Source: an uncultured bacterium | Lineage (GTDB): Bacteria > Armatimonadota > Abditibacteriia > Abditibacteriales > Abditibacteriaceae | Assembly (NCBI GenBank): GCA_963843795.1 | Contig: CAWJLW010000006.1 | Coordinates: 1,054,001 to 1,118,000 of the forward strand | DNA length: 64,000 bases | Reading direction: 5' to 3' | Part shown: positions 38,678 through 48,137 of the stretch, piece after piece | How positions within the stretch are numbered: position 1 is the stretch's first letter | How the letters are laid out: the number at the start of each line of letters is the position of its first letter | The notes under the pieces: generated by a model | Seen by the model: the letters and a program-made list of their open reading frames with translations, nothing else | Told to the model about the DNA's origin: nothing | Database searches by the model: none | Program-made: the position numbers and the translations under genes

Positions 38678-39148
38678 ATGTCTAAAGAATTGATTGTCAG
38701 CCTTATCCAAAGCGGTCACGCTCAACTGGTGAGCACCGCCCAAGCCACGCCCGATGATAAGTTGAATTGGAAGCCGTTGGACAATGGCCGCACCGCGCTC
38801 GATTTGCTGGGCGATGCCGCGCAGACGGCGAAAATGACGCGCCAAATGCTGGAAAGTAAAGGCGATTTCAAACCCTCGCGCGAAGAATTTGGCAAGCTCA
38901 AAGCCGAAAGCGCCACTTGGACGCGTGAAGATGCGATGAAGCATTTGAACAATAACACAGAACAATTGCTGGAATCGTTACGCGAAACTCCCAGTGAAGT
39001 GTTGGATCAGCCGCTACATCTGCCGATGGGCGGTGGCATGACGATGCCGCTGGGCGGCTGGGTAATGATGACTTATCGCACCTTCGTTTCGCGCATGGCA
39101 CAAATCAATTACATCCAAACTTTGTATGGCGATTTCGATTCGCATTGA
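38678..39148 (+). CDS. DinB-like superfamily protein
   Basis: PDDKLNWKP...RTAL, QINYIQTLYGD; SD AGGAG. Confidence 0.7.
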   Translation: MSKELIVSLIQSGHAQLVSTAQATPDDKLNWKPLDNGRTALDLLGDAAQTAKMTRQMLESKGDFKPSREEFGKLKAESATWTREDAMKHLNNNTEQLLESLRETPSEVLDQPLHLPMGGGMTMPLGGWVMMTYRTFVSRMAQINYIQTLYGDFDSH

Positions 39149-39165
39149 CGAAATATCAAGCCGCC

Positions 39166-39197
39166 AAAGCGCTGTGCAAGTACTTGCACAGCGCTTT
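39166..39197. terminator. Perfect 32-bp motif-centred palindrome between convergent genes
   Basis: AAAGCGCTGTGCAAGTACTTGCACAGCGCTTT followed by TTT. Confidence 0.8.
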
Positions 39198-39209
39198 TTT
39201 GTCTTTGAT

Positions 39210-40340
39210 TTAGGAAAGTTCGCGATAAAAATTTTCCCAGCGCGCGGCAATTTTCGGTGCGCCGAATTGCTCGACGATGCGCGCGCGGCCATTGCGTCCC
39301 AAAAGCGCGCTCAATTTGGTATCTTGCAAAACGCGTTCAATAGAATTGGCCAGCGCATTGGCATTAGCGGGTGGCACCAAGAGGCCGGAAATTTCGTTCT
39401 CGATTAAATCGGTCAATCCGCCGACTTTGGTTGTAATCGTTGGGCGTTGCAAAAGCATCGCTTCGGCGGGCGCGAGGCCGAAACCTTCTTGCAGCGAGGG
39501 CAGCACGAATACATCGGCGCTTTGCACCAAAGGCATCATCTGCGCGTGCGGCAAAACGCCCGCGAAAACCACGCGCTCTTGAAGACCCAGCTGCGTTGCC
39601 AGTTTTTCCAGTTCCGCGCGGCGCGGGCCATCGCCTAACAATAACAAATGAGGAAATACGTTGCGCGCTGCAAGTACTTGCAGCGCTTTCAATAAATGCT
39701 GATGACCTTTTTCCGGTGCTAAGCGCGCGACGGTGACGATTAACGGCGCGTCGTCGGGAACACCGATTTGCGCGCGTATTTGCATACGATTTAAGTGGGA
39801 ATCGGGCGCGAGAGTCGTAGGAAATGAGTTGGGAATCCACGTCGGATTGAGGTCCGGAACATGAGCGTTAAAATGTTCTTTCACCGGTCGGCTCACGGCG
39901 CTGCATCCATCGAAGCCGCGTCGCAAAACGGTTGGCAACAATCGCGCGGCGAGTTGTCCGGCGCGGCTGCCCTGAAAGAAATCGAAATCTGTGTTGTGCA
40001 AGGTGCAAACGCGGCGCGTTTTCGCGGGCAACGGGCGCGCGGTGGCGACTGCGAAGTTGGCGAAAAGCAGATGAGAATGCAGGATGTCGTAATCGCCGCG
40101 TCGCGCCAATCGTTGCACGCGTTGCGCGCTGCGCACAAAATTCCAACGCCGCGCGTAATCGAGATGAAGGCGATGCACGCGCACGCCTACCATTTCCAGA
40201 TCACCTTGCAAATCGTAAGGTGGCCACAGAACCGCGACGTGGTTTTCGAGGCCGCGCGCGTTTAGTTCGGGCAGCAAATTCAGCAAAACCTGCTCGGCCC
40301 CAGCGCGCCCCAGCGATTCAATAACGTGCAAAACTTTCAT
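39210..40340 (-). CDS. GT4 family glycosyltransferase
   Basis: GAEQVL, VARLAPEKG, DVFVLPS..EGFGL..AEAM. Confidence 0.92.
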   Translation of the reverse strand: MKVLHVIESLGRAGAEQVLLNLLPELNARGLENHVAVLWPPYDLQGDLEMVGVRVHRLHLDYARRWNFVRSAQRVQRLARRGDYDILHSHLLFANFAVATARPLPAKTRRVCTLHNTDFDFFQGSRAGQLAARLLPTVLRRGFDGCSAVSRPVKEHFNAHVPDLNPTWIPNSFPTTLAPDSHLNRMQIRAQIGVPDDAPLIVTVARLAPEKGHQHLLKALQVLAARNVFPHLLLLGDGPRRAELEKLATQLGLQERVVFAGVLPHAQMMPLVQSADVFVLPSLQEGFGLAPAEAMLLQRPTITTKVGGLTDLIENEISGLLVPPANANALANSIERVLQDTKLSALLGRNGRARIVEQFGAPKIAARWENFYRELS

Positions 40341-40375
40341 GAAAAATGGAAATAAGGCGAGGTGGTTTCGCCCTA

Positions 40376-41794
40376 TTAAATGCGTGCGATGAGGCGAAAA
40401 ATCGTGGTCGCCAGCTTTTGTGAATGGTGGCGCACCAGATTCGAGTCATCAATAAAATTGCCGTGAATCGGTCGCACGCCCAGAACTTCAATCGCCGCTT
40501 CGTCGGCCTCGACGTAATCAGCACCCACGCGCGCGTAATTCTCCAAAACTTCGGGCTTGACGTGGCCGTTATTAATTAAAGCGTGGGTGACACTGCCCTG
40601 ACCGATGTGACGGATGATCGCTGCGACATGATCGGAGGCTTTGTAATGCGAAGTTTCGCCGGGCTGCGTCATCACGTTGCACACATACAATTTTGGCGCG
40701 CGCGAAGCTTTGATGGCGCGCGCAATTTCCGGCACCAATAAATTGGGCAAAATCGAAGTGTAAAGACTGCCCGGCCCAATTAAAATCACATCGGCTTCGG
40801 CAATCGCGCGCACTACGTCGGGCAAGGCTCGCGGGCTTTCTGGCACCAAAAACACCTGTTGAATGTTGCTGGTCGTGTTGATGTTTTTCTGTCCCAGGAC
40901 TTCGCTACCGTCTTTGAGCAAAGCGCCTAGACGCACGTCGTCCAGCGTCGAGGGCAAAACGCGCCCGCGAATCGCCAATACCTTGGAAGTTTCACGCACC
41001 GCACTTTCATAATCGCCTTGAATTTCACACATCGCAGCGACAATCAAGTTACCCAGCGAATGACCTTCGAGCGGGCCAAGTCCGCTGAAGCGATGCTGAA
41101 ACAGTTGCACCATCAGTGGTTCCGATTCGGCTAAGGCCGCCATGCAGTTGCGCAAATCGCCGGGCGGCAAAACGCCATGTTCGCGCAGCATTCCCGACGA
41201 GCCGCCATCATCGGCCATCGTGACAACCGCTGTGATATTGGACGAATACTGTTTCAATCCGCGCAGCATGGTCGAAAGTCCGGTGCCTCCGCCAATGGCA
41301 ACGATTTTAGCTTTGCCCGTTTTCTGACGCTGGCGCAGCGCGGTTTCGAGAAAATTGCTTTTGGCCTGCCCCGAATTTTCATAAGCGCGCTCGACGGCTT
41401 TCATGCCGCCGCGCGTGCCGATTAAAACGCATAGCACGCCGATAGCGATGAGAACCGCGCCCACCATTTCCGTATTGATAAGCCGGTTGAAGTTAAACGA
41501 AACCCACTCAACCAGCTCCACACTCCATTCCACGGCCAGGTAAGCAGTGAACAAGGCCGAGCCTGCGGTCGCGCACACCAAACCCAACAAACCAATCAAC
41601 ACCCAGCGCTTGACGCCAATTCCCGGCGTCATCCACATCAACCGTCGCTTCCAACCCGAATTTTGCGGTGCCTCGGCTCCGACTGGCGGCGCTTTCAAAT
41701 TGGGCACGCCAGCTTTGGTATTGGTTTGAGGCACCGAGCGCTCGATTTGTGGTTTAACAGTTTCGGGTTTCAGAGGCGGCGCGGGTTCAATCAC
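40376..41794 (-). CDS. yvcK: YvcK/GlmR (CofD-like) family protein with N-terminal TM helices
   Basis: IGGGTGLS, MADDGGSSG, PPGDLRNC, GHSLGNL, GPGSLYTSILPNL, NVMTQPGET. Confidence 0.92.
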   Translation of the reverse strand: MIEPAPPLKPETVKPQIERSVPQTNTKAGVPNLKAPPVGAEAPQNSGWKRRLMWMTPGIGVKRWVLIGLLGLVCATAGSALFTAYLAVEWSVELVEWVSFNFNRLINTEMVGAVLIAIGVLCVLIGTRGGMKAVERAYENSGQAKSNFLETALRQRQKTGKAKIVAIGGGTGLSTMLRGLKQYSSNITAVVTMADDGGSSGMLREHGVLPPGDLRNCMAALAESEPLMVQLFQHRFSGLGPLEGHSLGNLIVAAMCEIQGDYESAVRETSKVLAIRGRVLPSTLDDVRLGALLKDGSEVLGQKNINTTSNIQQVFLVPESPRALPDVVRAIAEADVILIGPGSLYTSILPNLLVPEIARAIKASRAPKLYVCNVMTQPGETSHYKASDHVAAIIRHIGQGSVTHALINNGHVKPEVLENYARVGADYVEADEAAIEVLGVRPIHGNFIDDSNLVRHHSQKLATTIFRLIARI

Positions 41795-42801
41795 GAGCGC
41801 GCCTCCGTTTTGGCGGCGCTCTGCGCGTTGGAAGTACTGGCAACGCCGTTTTGCGAGTCTTCGGCATCGGAACTACCGGAATCTGGCGCGGAAAGCGTGC
41901 GCGGTTCGTGCGCCGAGCGATCCAAATCGCGATGCGTCGCGGTCGCGTTGTGACCGGCTTTGATTAAATCGTTGGCCAACCAATTCGCAATGGCTACGCT
42001 GCGATGACGTCCGCCAGTGCAGCCGACGGCGATTGTCAGATAACTTTTGCCTTCGCGCTCGAACTGTGGCACGCAAAAGCTGGTGAAATCGTGCAAATGA
42101 CGCAGAAAATCCTGCGTGACTTGCTCACGCATCACATATTCAATAACTGGCGCACAGTTACCGTCCAAATGGCCGATTTCGCGGTCATAGTTTGGGTTGG
42201 GCAAAAAACGCAAATCGAAGACTAAATCGGCATCGAGTGGCAAGCCATGTTTGAAGCCAAACGATTGCACGCGAATCAGCATCTGCGCGCTATCGGCCTG
42301 ATCGAGGAAGATTTTGCGAATTTCTTCACGCAAATCGCGCGGGGCGACGCGGCTGGTGTTGATAACTTTATCAGCGCGCGTGCGCAGCTCAATCAAGGCT
42401 TCACGTTCGCGCGCGATGGCTTCGTTGAGATCGGGAAATTCATCGGCCAAAGGATGCCGCCGTCGCGTTTCGCGGAAACGCGCGATCAGAGAGCTGTCTT
42501 CGGCGTCGAGATATAAAATGCGAAAACGCAAGCCCAAATTTTTCAATTGTTCCAGTGCCTGATTGAGTTCGTTGAAAAATTGTCCGCCCCGCACATCGGT
42601 GACGACCGCGACGCGCCCGACATCGCCGCGTTGGCAAAGTTCGGCCAGCATCGGTAGCAATTGCGGCGGCAAATTATCGACGCAGAAAAAGCCAAAATCC
42701 TCGAAATGGTTCATCGCGAGCGCTTTGCCCGCGCCGCTCATACCGGTGATGACAATAAATTGAAGAGGAATTTTTTCGTCAGTTTTGGGTGAAATGTTCA
42801 T
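41791..42801 (-). CDS. rapZ: RNase adapter RapZ/YvcJ
   Basis: ITGMSGAGK, VDNLP, SFGFKHG, DLRFLPNP, GCTGGRHRSV. Confidence 0.95.
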   Translation of the reverse strand: MNISPKTDEKIPLQFIVITGMSGAGKALAMNHFEDFGFFCVDNLPPQLLPMLAELCQRGDVGRVAVVTDVRGGQFFNELNQALEQLKNLGLRFRILYLDAEDSSLIARFRETRRRHPLADEFPDLNEAIAREREALIELRTRADKVINTSRVAPRDLREEIRKIFLDQADSAQMLIRVQSFGFKHGLPLDADLVFDLRFLPNPNYDREIGHLDGNCAPVIEYVMREQVTQDFLRHLHDFTSFCVPQFEREGKSYLTIAVGCTGGRHRSVAIANWLANDLIKAGHNATATHRDLDRSAHEPRTLSAPDSGSSDAEDSQNGVASTSNAQSAAKTEARS

Positions 42802-43181
42802 TTTTCGTCTTCTTTGCGCATTAAAATCGTAATCAGCGCATTGACGCCCGATAAGACCAGCGCGCCCCATAAAGCGGGCACAAATCCCTTGACTTGAAAG
42901 CCCGGAATTAAACCGCTACCACAGAAATAAAAGATCAATCCATTGAGTAGCCAGCTCAATAGCAAACTACTGAGGCCCAACGTTAGGCACGACAAAACGC
43001 ACGTCATACTGACGGCGATATATTGCAATATCGGTTTGACGATGGCGTTGGCCAAGCCCAGAATAACGGCGGCCACAAGAGCGGCGCCAAAGCCGCCGAC
43101 CACGATTTGACCAGCGCTGGCTCCGGCGATGGCGAGCAGCGCGATGGCACTGACTACAGTGCGAATGATAAATGAAATCAT
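42798..43181 (-). CDS. YvlD-like ('phage holin family') membrane protein
   Basis: ALVAAVILGLANAIVKPIL...LTLGL...LNGL...PGF.V.GF..AL.GAL. Confidence 0.85.
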   Translation of the reverse strand: MISFIIRTVVSAIALLAIAGASAGQIVVGGFGAALVAAVILGLANAIVKPILQYIAVSMTCVLSCLTLGLSSLLLSWLLNGLIFYFCGSGLIPGFQVKGFVPALWGALVLSGVNALITILMRKEDEK

Positions 43182-43273
43182 AAAGTTGTATGAAATTATC
43201 TGCAAGTACGTGCAGAGCGCTTTAAACAGTCGTGGAGTATAGCTTTGTAATGGTGCAAGTACTTGCGGCACCT

Positions 43274-45259
43274 TTATTCGGTTTTGGTCAGAACTCGCAA
43301 ATACTTCTGCAAATCTTCGGCAAGTTTCAAATTCATGCCCGGCGCGGCTGCAATTTCTTCCACGCCCGCCGCGCGAATTTTTTGCAAGCTGCCGAAATGA
43401 TTCAATAACGCATTGCGCCGCGTTTCGCCGATTCCGGGCACGTCATCAAGCAGAGAATGCACAGCCGCTTTGCCGCGTCGCTTGCGATGATGGGTAATCG
43501 CAAAACGGTGCGCTTCATCGCGCAGTCGTTGCAACAAATGCAGCGCCTGACTGTTGCGTGGCAAGGCCAGAGGATCGCTTTTGCCGGGCACAAATAGCAG
43601 TTCATATTGCTTGGCCAAGCCCACTGTCGGAATCATTTCCAGTGTTTTTTCGCGCAAGACATCTAAAGCCACGCCCAATTGTCCTTTTCCGCCATCGACC
43701 AGCAACAAATCGGGCAAGGGCAAAAACTTTTCATCGCCTTCTATCGCCCGCTGAAAACGTCGCCGCAACACTTCGCGCATCATTTCGAAATCGTTCGGCT
43801 CGCGCCCGCCGGTAATTTCCAGTGTGTGCTTGATGGTGAAATGACGATAATTGCGTTTGTCGGGCTTGCCGTCGGTAAAAACCACCATTGAACCGACTGA
43901 AAATGCGCCTTGCACCGTCGAAATATCGTAGCATTCGATGCGACGCGGCGGCGCTTCCAATTTCAGTTGTCCCTGCAAATCTTCCAACAAGGCATCGTTT
44001 ACACGCGCGGCTGTTGCTTGATACGATAAATGTTCGCGCAGTGATAATTCGGCGTTGCGCTGCGCCATTTCGATGATTTTGGTTTTGTCGCCGCGCTGGG
44101 GTGTGCGAATTTCGACGCGCTGTTTTTTGCCATCCGGCGAACTTTTGTCGCTCAACCATTCGCCAATCGGCGCGGCGTCTTCAATCGCTTCCGGTAATAA
44201 AATCTCGCGCGGCGCACTAATCGGACCATCGTAGTGTTGGCGCACGAAAGTCGACAACACTTCGGCTTCTTCGCGCCCTTCGACCGGCTGCAAAAAGAAA
44301 TGCTGGTCGCCCAGTAATTTGCCGCCGCGCACAATCAAAATCGTCACGCTGGCAATTCCGGCTTCGATATAAAGCCCGATTGCATCGTAATCTTCGTTCT
44401 GGCCCGAAACAACTTGCTGTTTCTCGACGACGCTTTGCACCGCTTCGATCTGGTCGCGCCATTTGGCCGCGTCCTCGAAATTCATGTTCGCAGCGGCCTC
44501 TTTCATCTTGGCTTCAAGCTCTTTGAGTAAGTCGCCGGCGCGGCCTTCGAGGAAGTTTTTCAATGCGCGCGCCTGCATTTTGTAATCTTCGTCCGACACT
44601 GCCGCCACGCACGGCCCACTGCAACGGTCGATGTGAAATTCCAGACATGGTTTGTCCAACAATTGCTTGGTATCGCGCCATGGACAGCCGCCCCATTTGC
44701 GATCCGAAATTAACGCGCCGCTACGCACCTTGAAAACTTTTTTGGCCAGCGCAACCGTTTGGCGCATTTTGCCCGCGCCCGCATAAGGCCCGAAATAAGT
44801 CGCTTTGTCATTTTTTGGCTGACGCACTTCCAACAAGGCCGGATAACGTTCGTTGAGCGTTAATTTTAGATACGGATAACGTTTGTCATCTTTAAGCCGA
44901 ATATTGTATTGCGGCTTGTGCATCTTGACCAGATTATTTTCCAGTATCAAGGCTTCTTTTTCTGTGCGCGTGACAATGATTTCAAAATCGGCAATGAGCT
45001 TGACCATCTTGCGCGTAAACGGACTGTGGCCGCCATCTTTAGCAAAATAAGAGCGCACGCGATTTTTTAAATTGAGCGCCTTGCCGATGTAAAGTACTTT
45101 GCCCGTGTTATCTTTGTGCAGATAAACACCGGGCGCATCTGGTAGCGAAGCCAGCTTTTCTTGCAACGTGCCCGCTTCAATCAAACTCGACGGCATTAAC
45201 GTCAATTCGCCGTTCGATTCTGAATGGGATTCGCTGGAGTTATTTTCAGTGTGCGCCAT
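43274..45259 (-). CDS. uvrC: Excinuclease ABC subunit C
   Basis: PGVY, YIGKALNLKNRVRSYF, RIECYDIS, DGGKGQ, RDEAHRFA, HhH tail. Confidence 0.97.
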   Translation of the reverse strand: MAHTENNSSESHSESNGELTLMPSSLIEAGTLQEKLASLPDAPGVYLHKDNTGKVLYIGKALNLKNRVRSYFAKDGGHSPFTRKMVKLIADFEIIVTRTEKEALILENNLVKMHKPQYNIRLKDDKRYPYLKLTLNERYPALLEVRQPKNDKATYFGPYAGAGKMRQTVALAKKVFKVRSGALISDRKWGGCPWRDTKQLLDKPCLEFHIDRCSGPCVAAVSDEDYKMQARALKNFLEGRAGDLLKELEAKMKEAAANMNFEDAAKWRDQIEAVQSVVEKQQVVSGQNEDYDAIGLYIEAGIASVTILIVRGGKLLGDQHFFLQPVEGREEAEVLSTFVRQHYDGPISAPREILLPEAIEDAAPIGEWLSDKSSPDGKKQRVEIRTPQRGDKTKIIEMAQRNAELSLREHLSYQATAARVNDALLEDLQGQLKLEAPPRRIECYDISTVQGAFSVGSMVVFTDGKPDKRNYRHFTIKHTLEITGGREPNDFEMMREVLRRRFQRAIEGDEKFLPLPDLLLVDGGKGQLGVALDVLREKTLEMIPTVGLAKQYELLFVPGKSDPLALPRNSQALHLLQRLRDEAHRFAITHHRKRRGKAAVHSLLDDVPGIGETRRNALLNHFGSLQKIRAAGVEEIAAAPGMNLKLAEDLQKYLRVLTKTE

Positions 45260-45353
45260 GTAATTTCCTTTGGTTGAACCAATAATAGTTAATCACAGCG
45301 CAGCACGCGCATTGCCAGTCGCAAGTACTTGCAGTGTCAGAATTGGCCCGATT

Positions 45354-47966
45354 CTATGGCTTGACGGTGAAATAGCGCGCGGCGAAATCTAAAAACGTGG
45401 GCCAGTTCGGGCCAACAGTGTGGCCACCACTGTGCTGACGAAAAGCCAGATCGCCTTTGACTAATGAGGTTTCGATGGGTGGCATTTCACTTGTCCCCAA
45501 ACTCTTTTTGCCCAGCAGTTGATAAACCGGCCCGGCTTCGACAGCAGCTAAAAACTGACCGCGACTATCAACCCAGTTGCCCTCGACGTTGGGCGAACCG
45601 GCGCTGATAAAAACCGGACGTGGCGCGCATAGGGCAATCAGTTCATGCGCATCAACTGGCAAATCGTTGGCAGTCAATGGGCCGGCATATTTGAGAAAAT
45701 TGCCCGCCATCCAATGATATTCGCCCGATGAGGCCACATTTTCGACCATTTCACCGAAATTGCGACGATGCAATTTCGCGCCGCCTTCGCCGGACGAGCC
45801 GACCAGAGCGATGGCAAAACGAGAATCATAAGCCATCGTAACCAGCGCAGCTTTGCCATAGCGCGACAATCCTTCAATCGCCACGCGACGCGCATCCACA
45901 CTTTTGTCGCTTTCCAGATAATCCAGTGTACGGCTCGCACCCCACGCCCACGCGCGCAAAGCTCCCCAATCATCGGCCTTGCGCGCTTGACCTTTGTTGA
46001 CCAAACCGATAATGCCCTGACGCAACCCGGCCCCGTTATCGGCTTGAATGCTGGCCGGAATTAGAATGGCATAGCCCCAGCCTCGCGCAAGTACTTGCTG
46101 CTGCCAACTGGGTTCGCCGCCAGCATTGGCGTTGTTCAGTGGCGTTCCCGGTCGGCGTGGAAAATTGAAGCCGAATTCCATAATGACCGGCACCGGCCCG
46201 ACTGCGTTCGCGGGTGTGGTCAGCGTTAAATCAATATCGACTTTGACATCGGGATAAGCCGAATTATCGACGTGACCAATAAGTTTTTTGGTGATGACCG
46301 CGAATTCCCCATTGGTTTCGGGCGTCGTTTTGACAACTTCCCAATCGACTTTTGGCGTGTTGGCGGGCACGCGCCCATAAACTTCGCGGTCGAAATCCTC
46401 GATGATTTCAGACCGACGCGTATTCCACCACTGCGCAGGCGTGGTCACCGCGCGCCCATTCTTCAAAATTAGCGGGTCGGGCAAGCTGATGTAAGATTTG
46501 GCTTTGGTTTCGTCGCTATTGGCGGCGTTGGGTGCTTTGGGGTCGCCGCTCGGGCCGGGCCGCAGCGCCGTGATGCCCAGAAGCTGCAGCATTGCTTGAT
46601 GATCCTGTTCGGCAGAAATGGGAGTCGCAGCGCGCGGTGTTGAGGTGTTGTCGGCTGAAGTGTTTGTCATTGTCTTAATATCGGGCGCATTGCCCTGAGC
46701 GATTTGCTGAAGCCACTGATTCGAACGCTGATAATACGCGGCTTGCGCGTTGTTGTGGCCTTGATGGTCGGAGCGCGGCATGACCAGCAGTTCTTTTGGC
46801 CCTTGCATCTGGTTGAACGCTGCGATAACGCCGTGACTCGGACAGGTCTCGTCAATCAATCCGACTGCAACTAAGGCCGGAGATTTAATGTGACGAGCGA
46901 AATTCACTACATCGAAATACTTGCTGGTCGCCAAAACTTTGTCTTTATCTTTGCCTTGCGCTTGATAAATCCACTGCGGCCAACCCGGTTTGCGTCCGAC
47001 CAGTGGACCGGTTTGGTCGCAGCCCGCAGGCACATTGGCGATGAGCGCAGTGATTTTTGGATGCAAGCCAGCGATCATAATTGATTGCAAGCCGCCTTGA
47101 CTGGTGCCCATTACGACCAGCGTTTTTCCATCCCAATCATCGCGATGGATCAAATACTCCGCCGCGCGATAACACGATAAATACATGCGCAGAAAGTAAC
47201 TGGTTTCGCGGTCTTCGTTGCCGATGGCCGGATAATTTTTCAAAGCATTGTTCGACTGTTGTGTATAAAAATCGGGCGTTTCATCAATCGGCAAATCGTG
47301 CGCATTGATGTTGAGAGCCAGCCAGCCTTGACGTGCTTGATTAGTGACCCAATCTTTGTTCAATCCGTAAACGCCCGCCCACTGCACAATGAGTAAAGCC
47401 GGAAATTTCGCGCCGGTTTTGGGCCGTGCGACTTGTCCCTGGATTTTGGTGCCGCGAATATTATCGAGTGTGATTTTGGAATATTCAACCGCATCATTGC
47501 CGCTCTCGCCACGTTCCAAAACCGGATCTGTTGGAATCTTATTTAATTCGGCGACTTTGGCTTTCCAAAACTCATCAAAATCATCCGGCGCAGGTGCCGA
47601 CGGCGCAATTTTTTCGGGTGCAACAACCGCTCCGGCCAAGTTCTTAATCGGCGCTTTAGCTGGCACATTCGCAGTCAATTCCGCTAAAACGCTACCCGCT
47701 TCATCGAGTCGGGTTTCCAAGTCGGCGACATTATTTTCGAGCGTCAATTCGCCGCGTCCAATTTCGGTCAACTGGCCTTTTTTCAGCACGTAAGCAATTT
47801 TTTTGATCTCTTGCGCGCCTTCGCCCTTAACTTCCAAATGCCAGACAATTTTCTCACCGATGGCATAAACACTGTTGGGTTTGGCCGCGCTGACAGTAAT
47901 TTCCTGAGCGTGACAACTGGCACAAAACAAAGCGACGGCAAGCATGAATCCGAACAATGATCTCAT
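45354..47966 (-). CDS. Secreted double esterase: CE7-like acetylxylan esterase fused to CE15-like glucuronoyl esterase
   Basis: P.DFDEFW, GTSQGG, YFD.VNFA, DETCP (CE7-like); AWAWGASR.LDYL, GLSRYGK, HELIALCAPRP (CE15-like). Confidence 0.85.
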   Translation of the reverse strand: MRSLFGFMLAVALFCASCHAQEITVSAAKPNSVYAIGEKIVWHLEVKGEGAQEIKKIAYVLKKGQLTEIGRGELTLENNVADLETRLDEAGSVLAELTANVPAKAPIKNLAGAVVAPEKIAPSAPAPDDFDEFWKAKVAELNKIPTDPVLERGESGNDAVEYSKITLDNIRGTKIQGQVARPKTGAKFPALLIVQWAGVYGLNKDWVTNQARQGWLALNINAHDLPIDETPDFYTQQSNNALKNYPAIGNEDRETSYFLRMYLSCYRAAEYLIHRDDWDGKTLVVMGTSQGGLQSIMIAGLHPKITALIANVPAGCDQTGPLVGRKPGWPQWIYQAQGKDKDKVLATSKYFDVVNFARHIKSPALVAVGLIDETCPSHGVIAAFNQMQGPKELLVMPRSDHQGHNNAQAAYYQRSNQWLQQIAQGNAPDIKTMTNTSADNTSTPRAATPISAEQDHQAMLQLLGITALRPGPSGDPKAPNAANSDETKAKSYISLPDPLILKNGRAVTTPAQWWNTRRSEIIEDFDREVYGRVPANTPKVDWEVVKTTPETNGEFAVITKKLIGHVDNSAYPDVKVDIDLTLTTPANAVGPVPVIMEFGFNFPRRPGTPLNNANAGGEPSWQQQVLARGWGYAILIPASIQADNGAGLRQGIIGLVNKGQARKADDWGALRAWAWGASRTLDYLESDKSVDARRVAIEGLSRYGKAALVTMAYDSRFAIALVGSSGEGGAKLHRRNFGEMVENVASSGEYHWMAGNFLKYAGPLTANDLPVDAHELIALCAPRPVFISAGSPNVEGNWVDSRGQFLAAVEAGPVYQLLGKKSLGTSEMPPIETSLVKGDLAFRQHSGGHTVGPNWPTFLDFAARYFTVKP

Positions 47967-48137
47967 AATATTTAGCCTCTTTTCGCTGTGGAGTGGAATC
48001 AATTTTAACGCCAGCCTGCAAGTACTTGCACCAATGTTTTTCGGGCAAACATCGTGACCCGACAAGCTGTTTTTGCGCGCTCAGCGTGGAAATAAGAACG
48101 CCGCAAGTAACTTGCAGCGCGCTTTTTATTCAATTTC

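Noticed and set aside
42798..43181. 'Phage holin' as a sign of a prophage
   Set aside because: It is a YvlD-like housekeeping membrane protein in the uvrC-rapZ-yvcK context, with no phage genes nearby.
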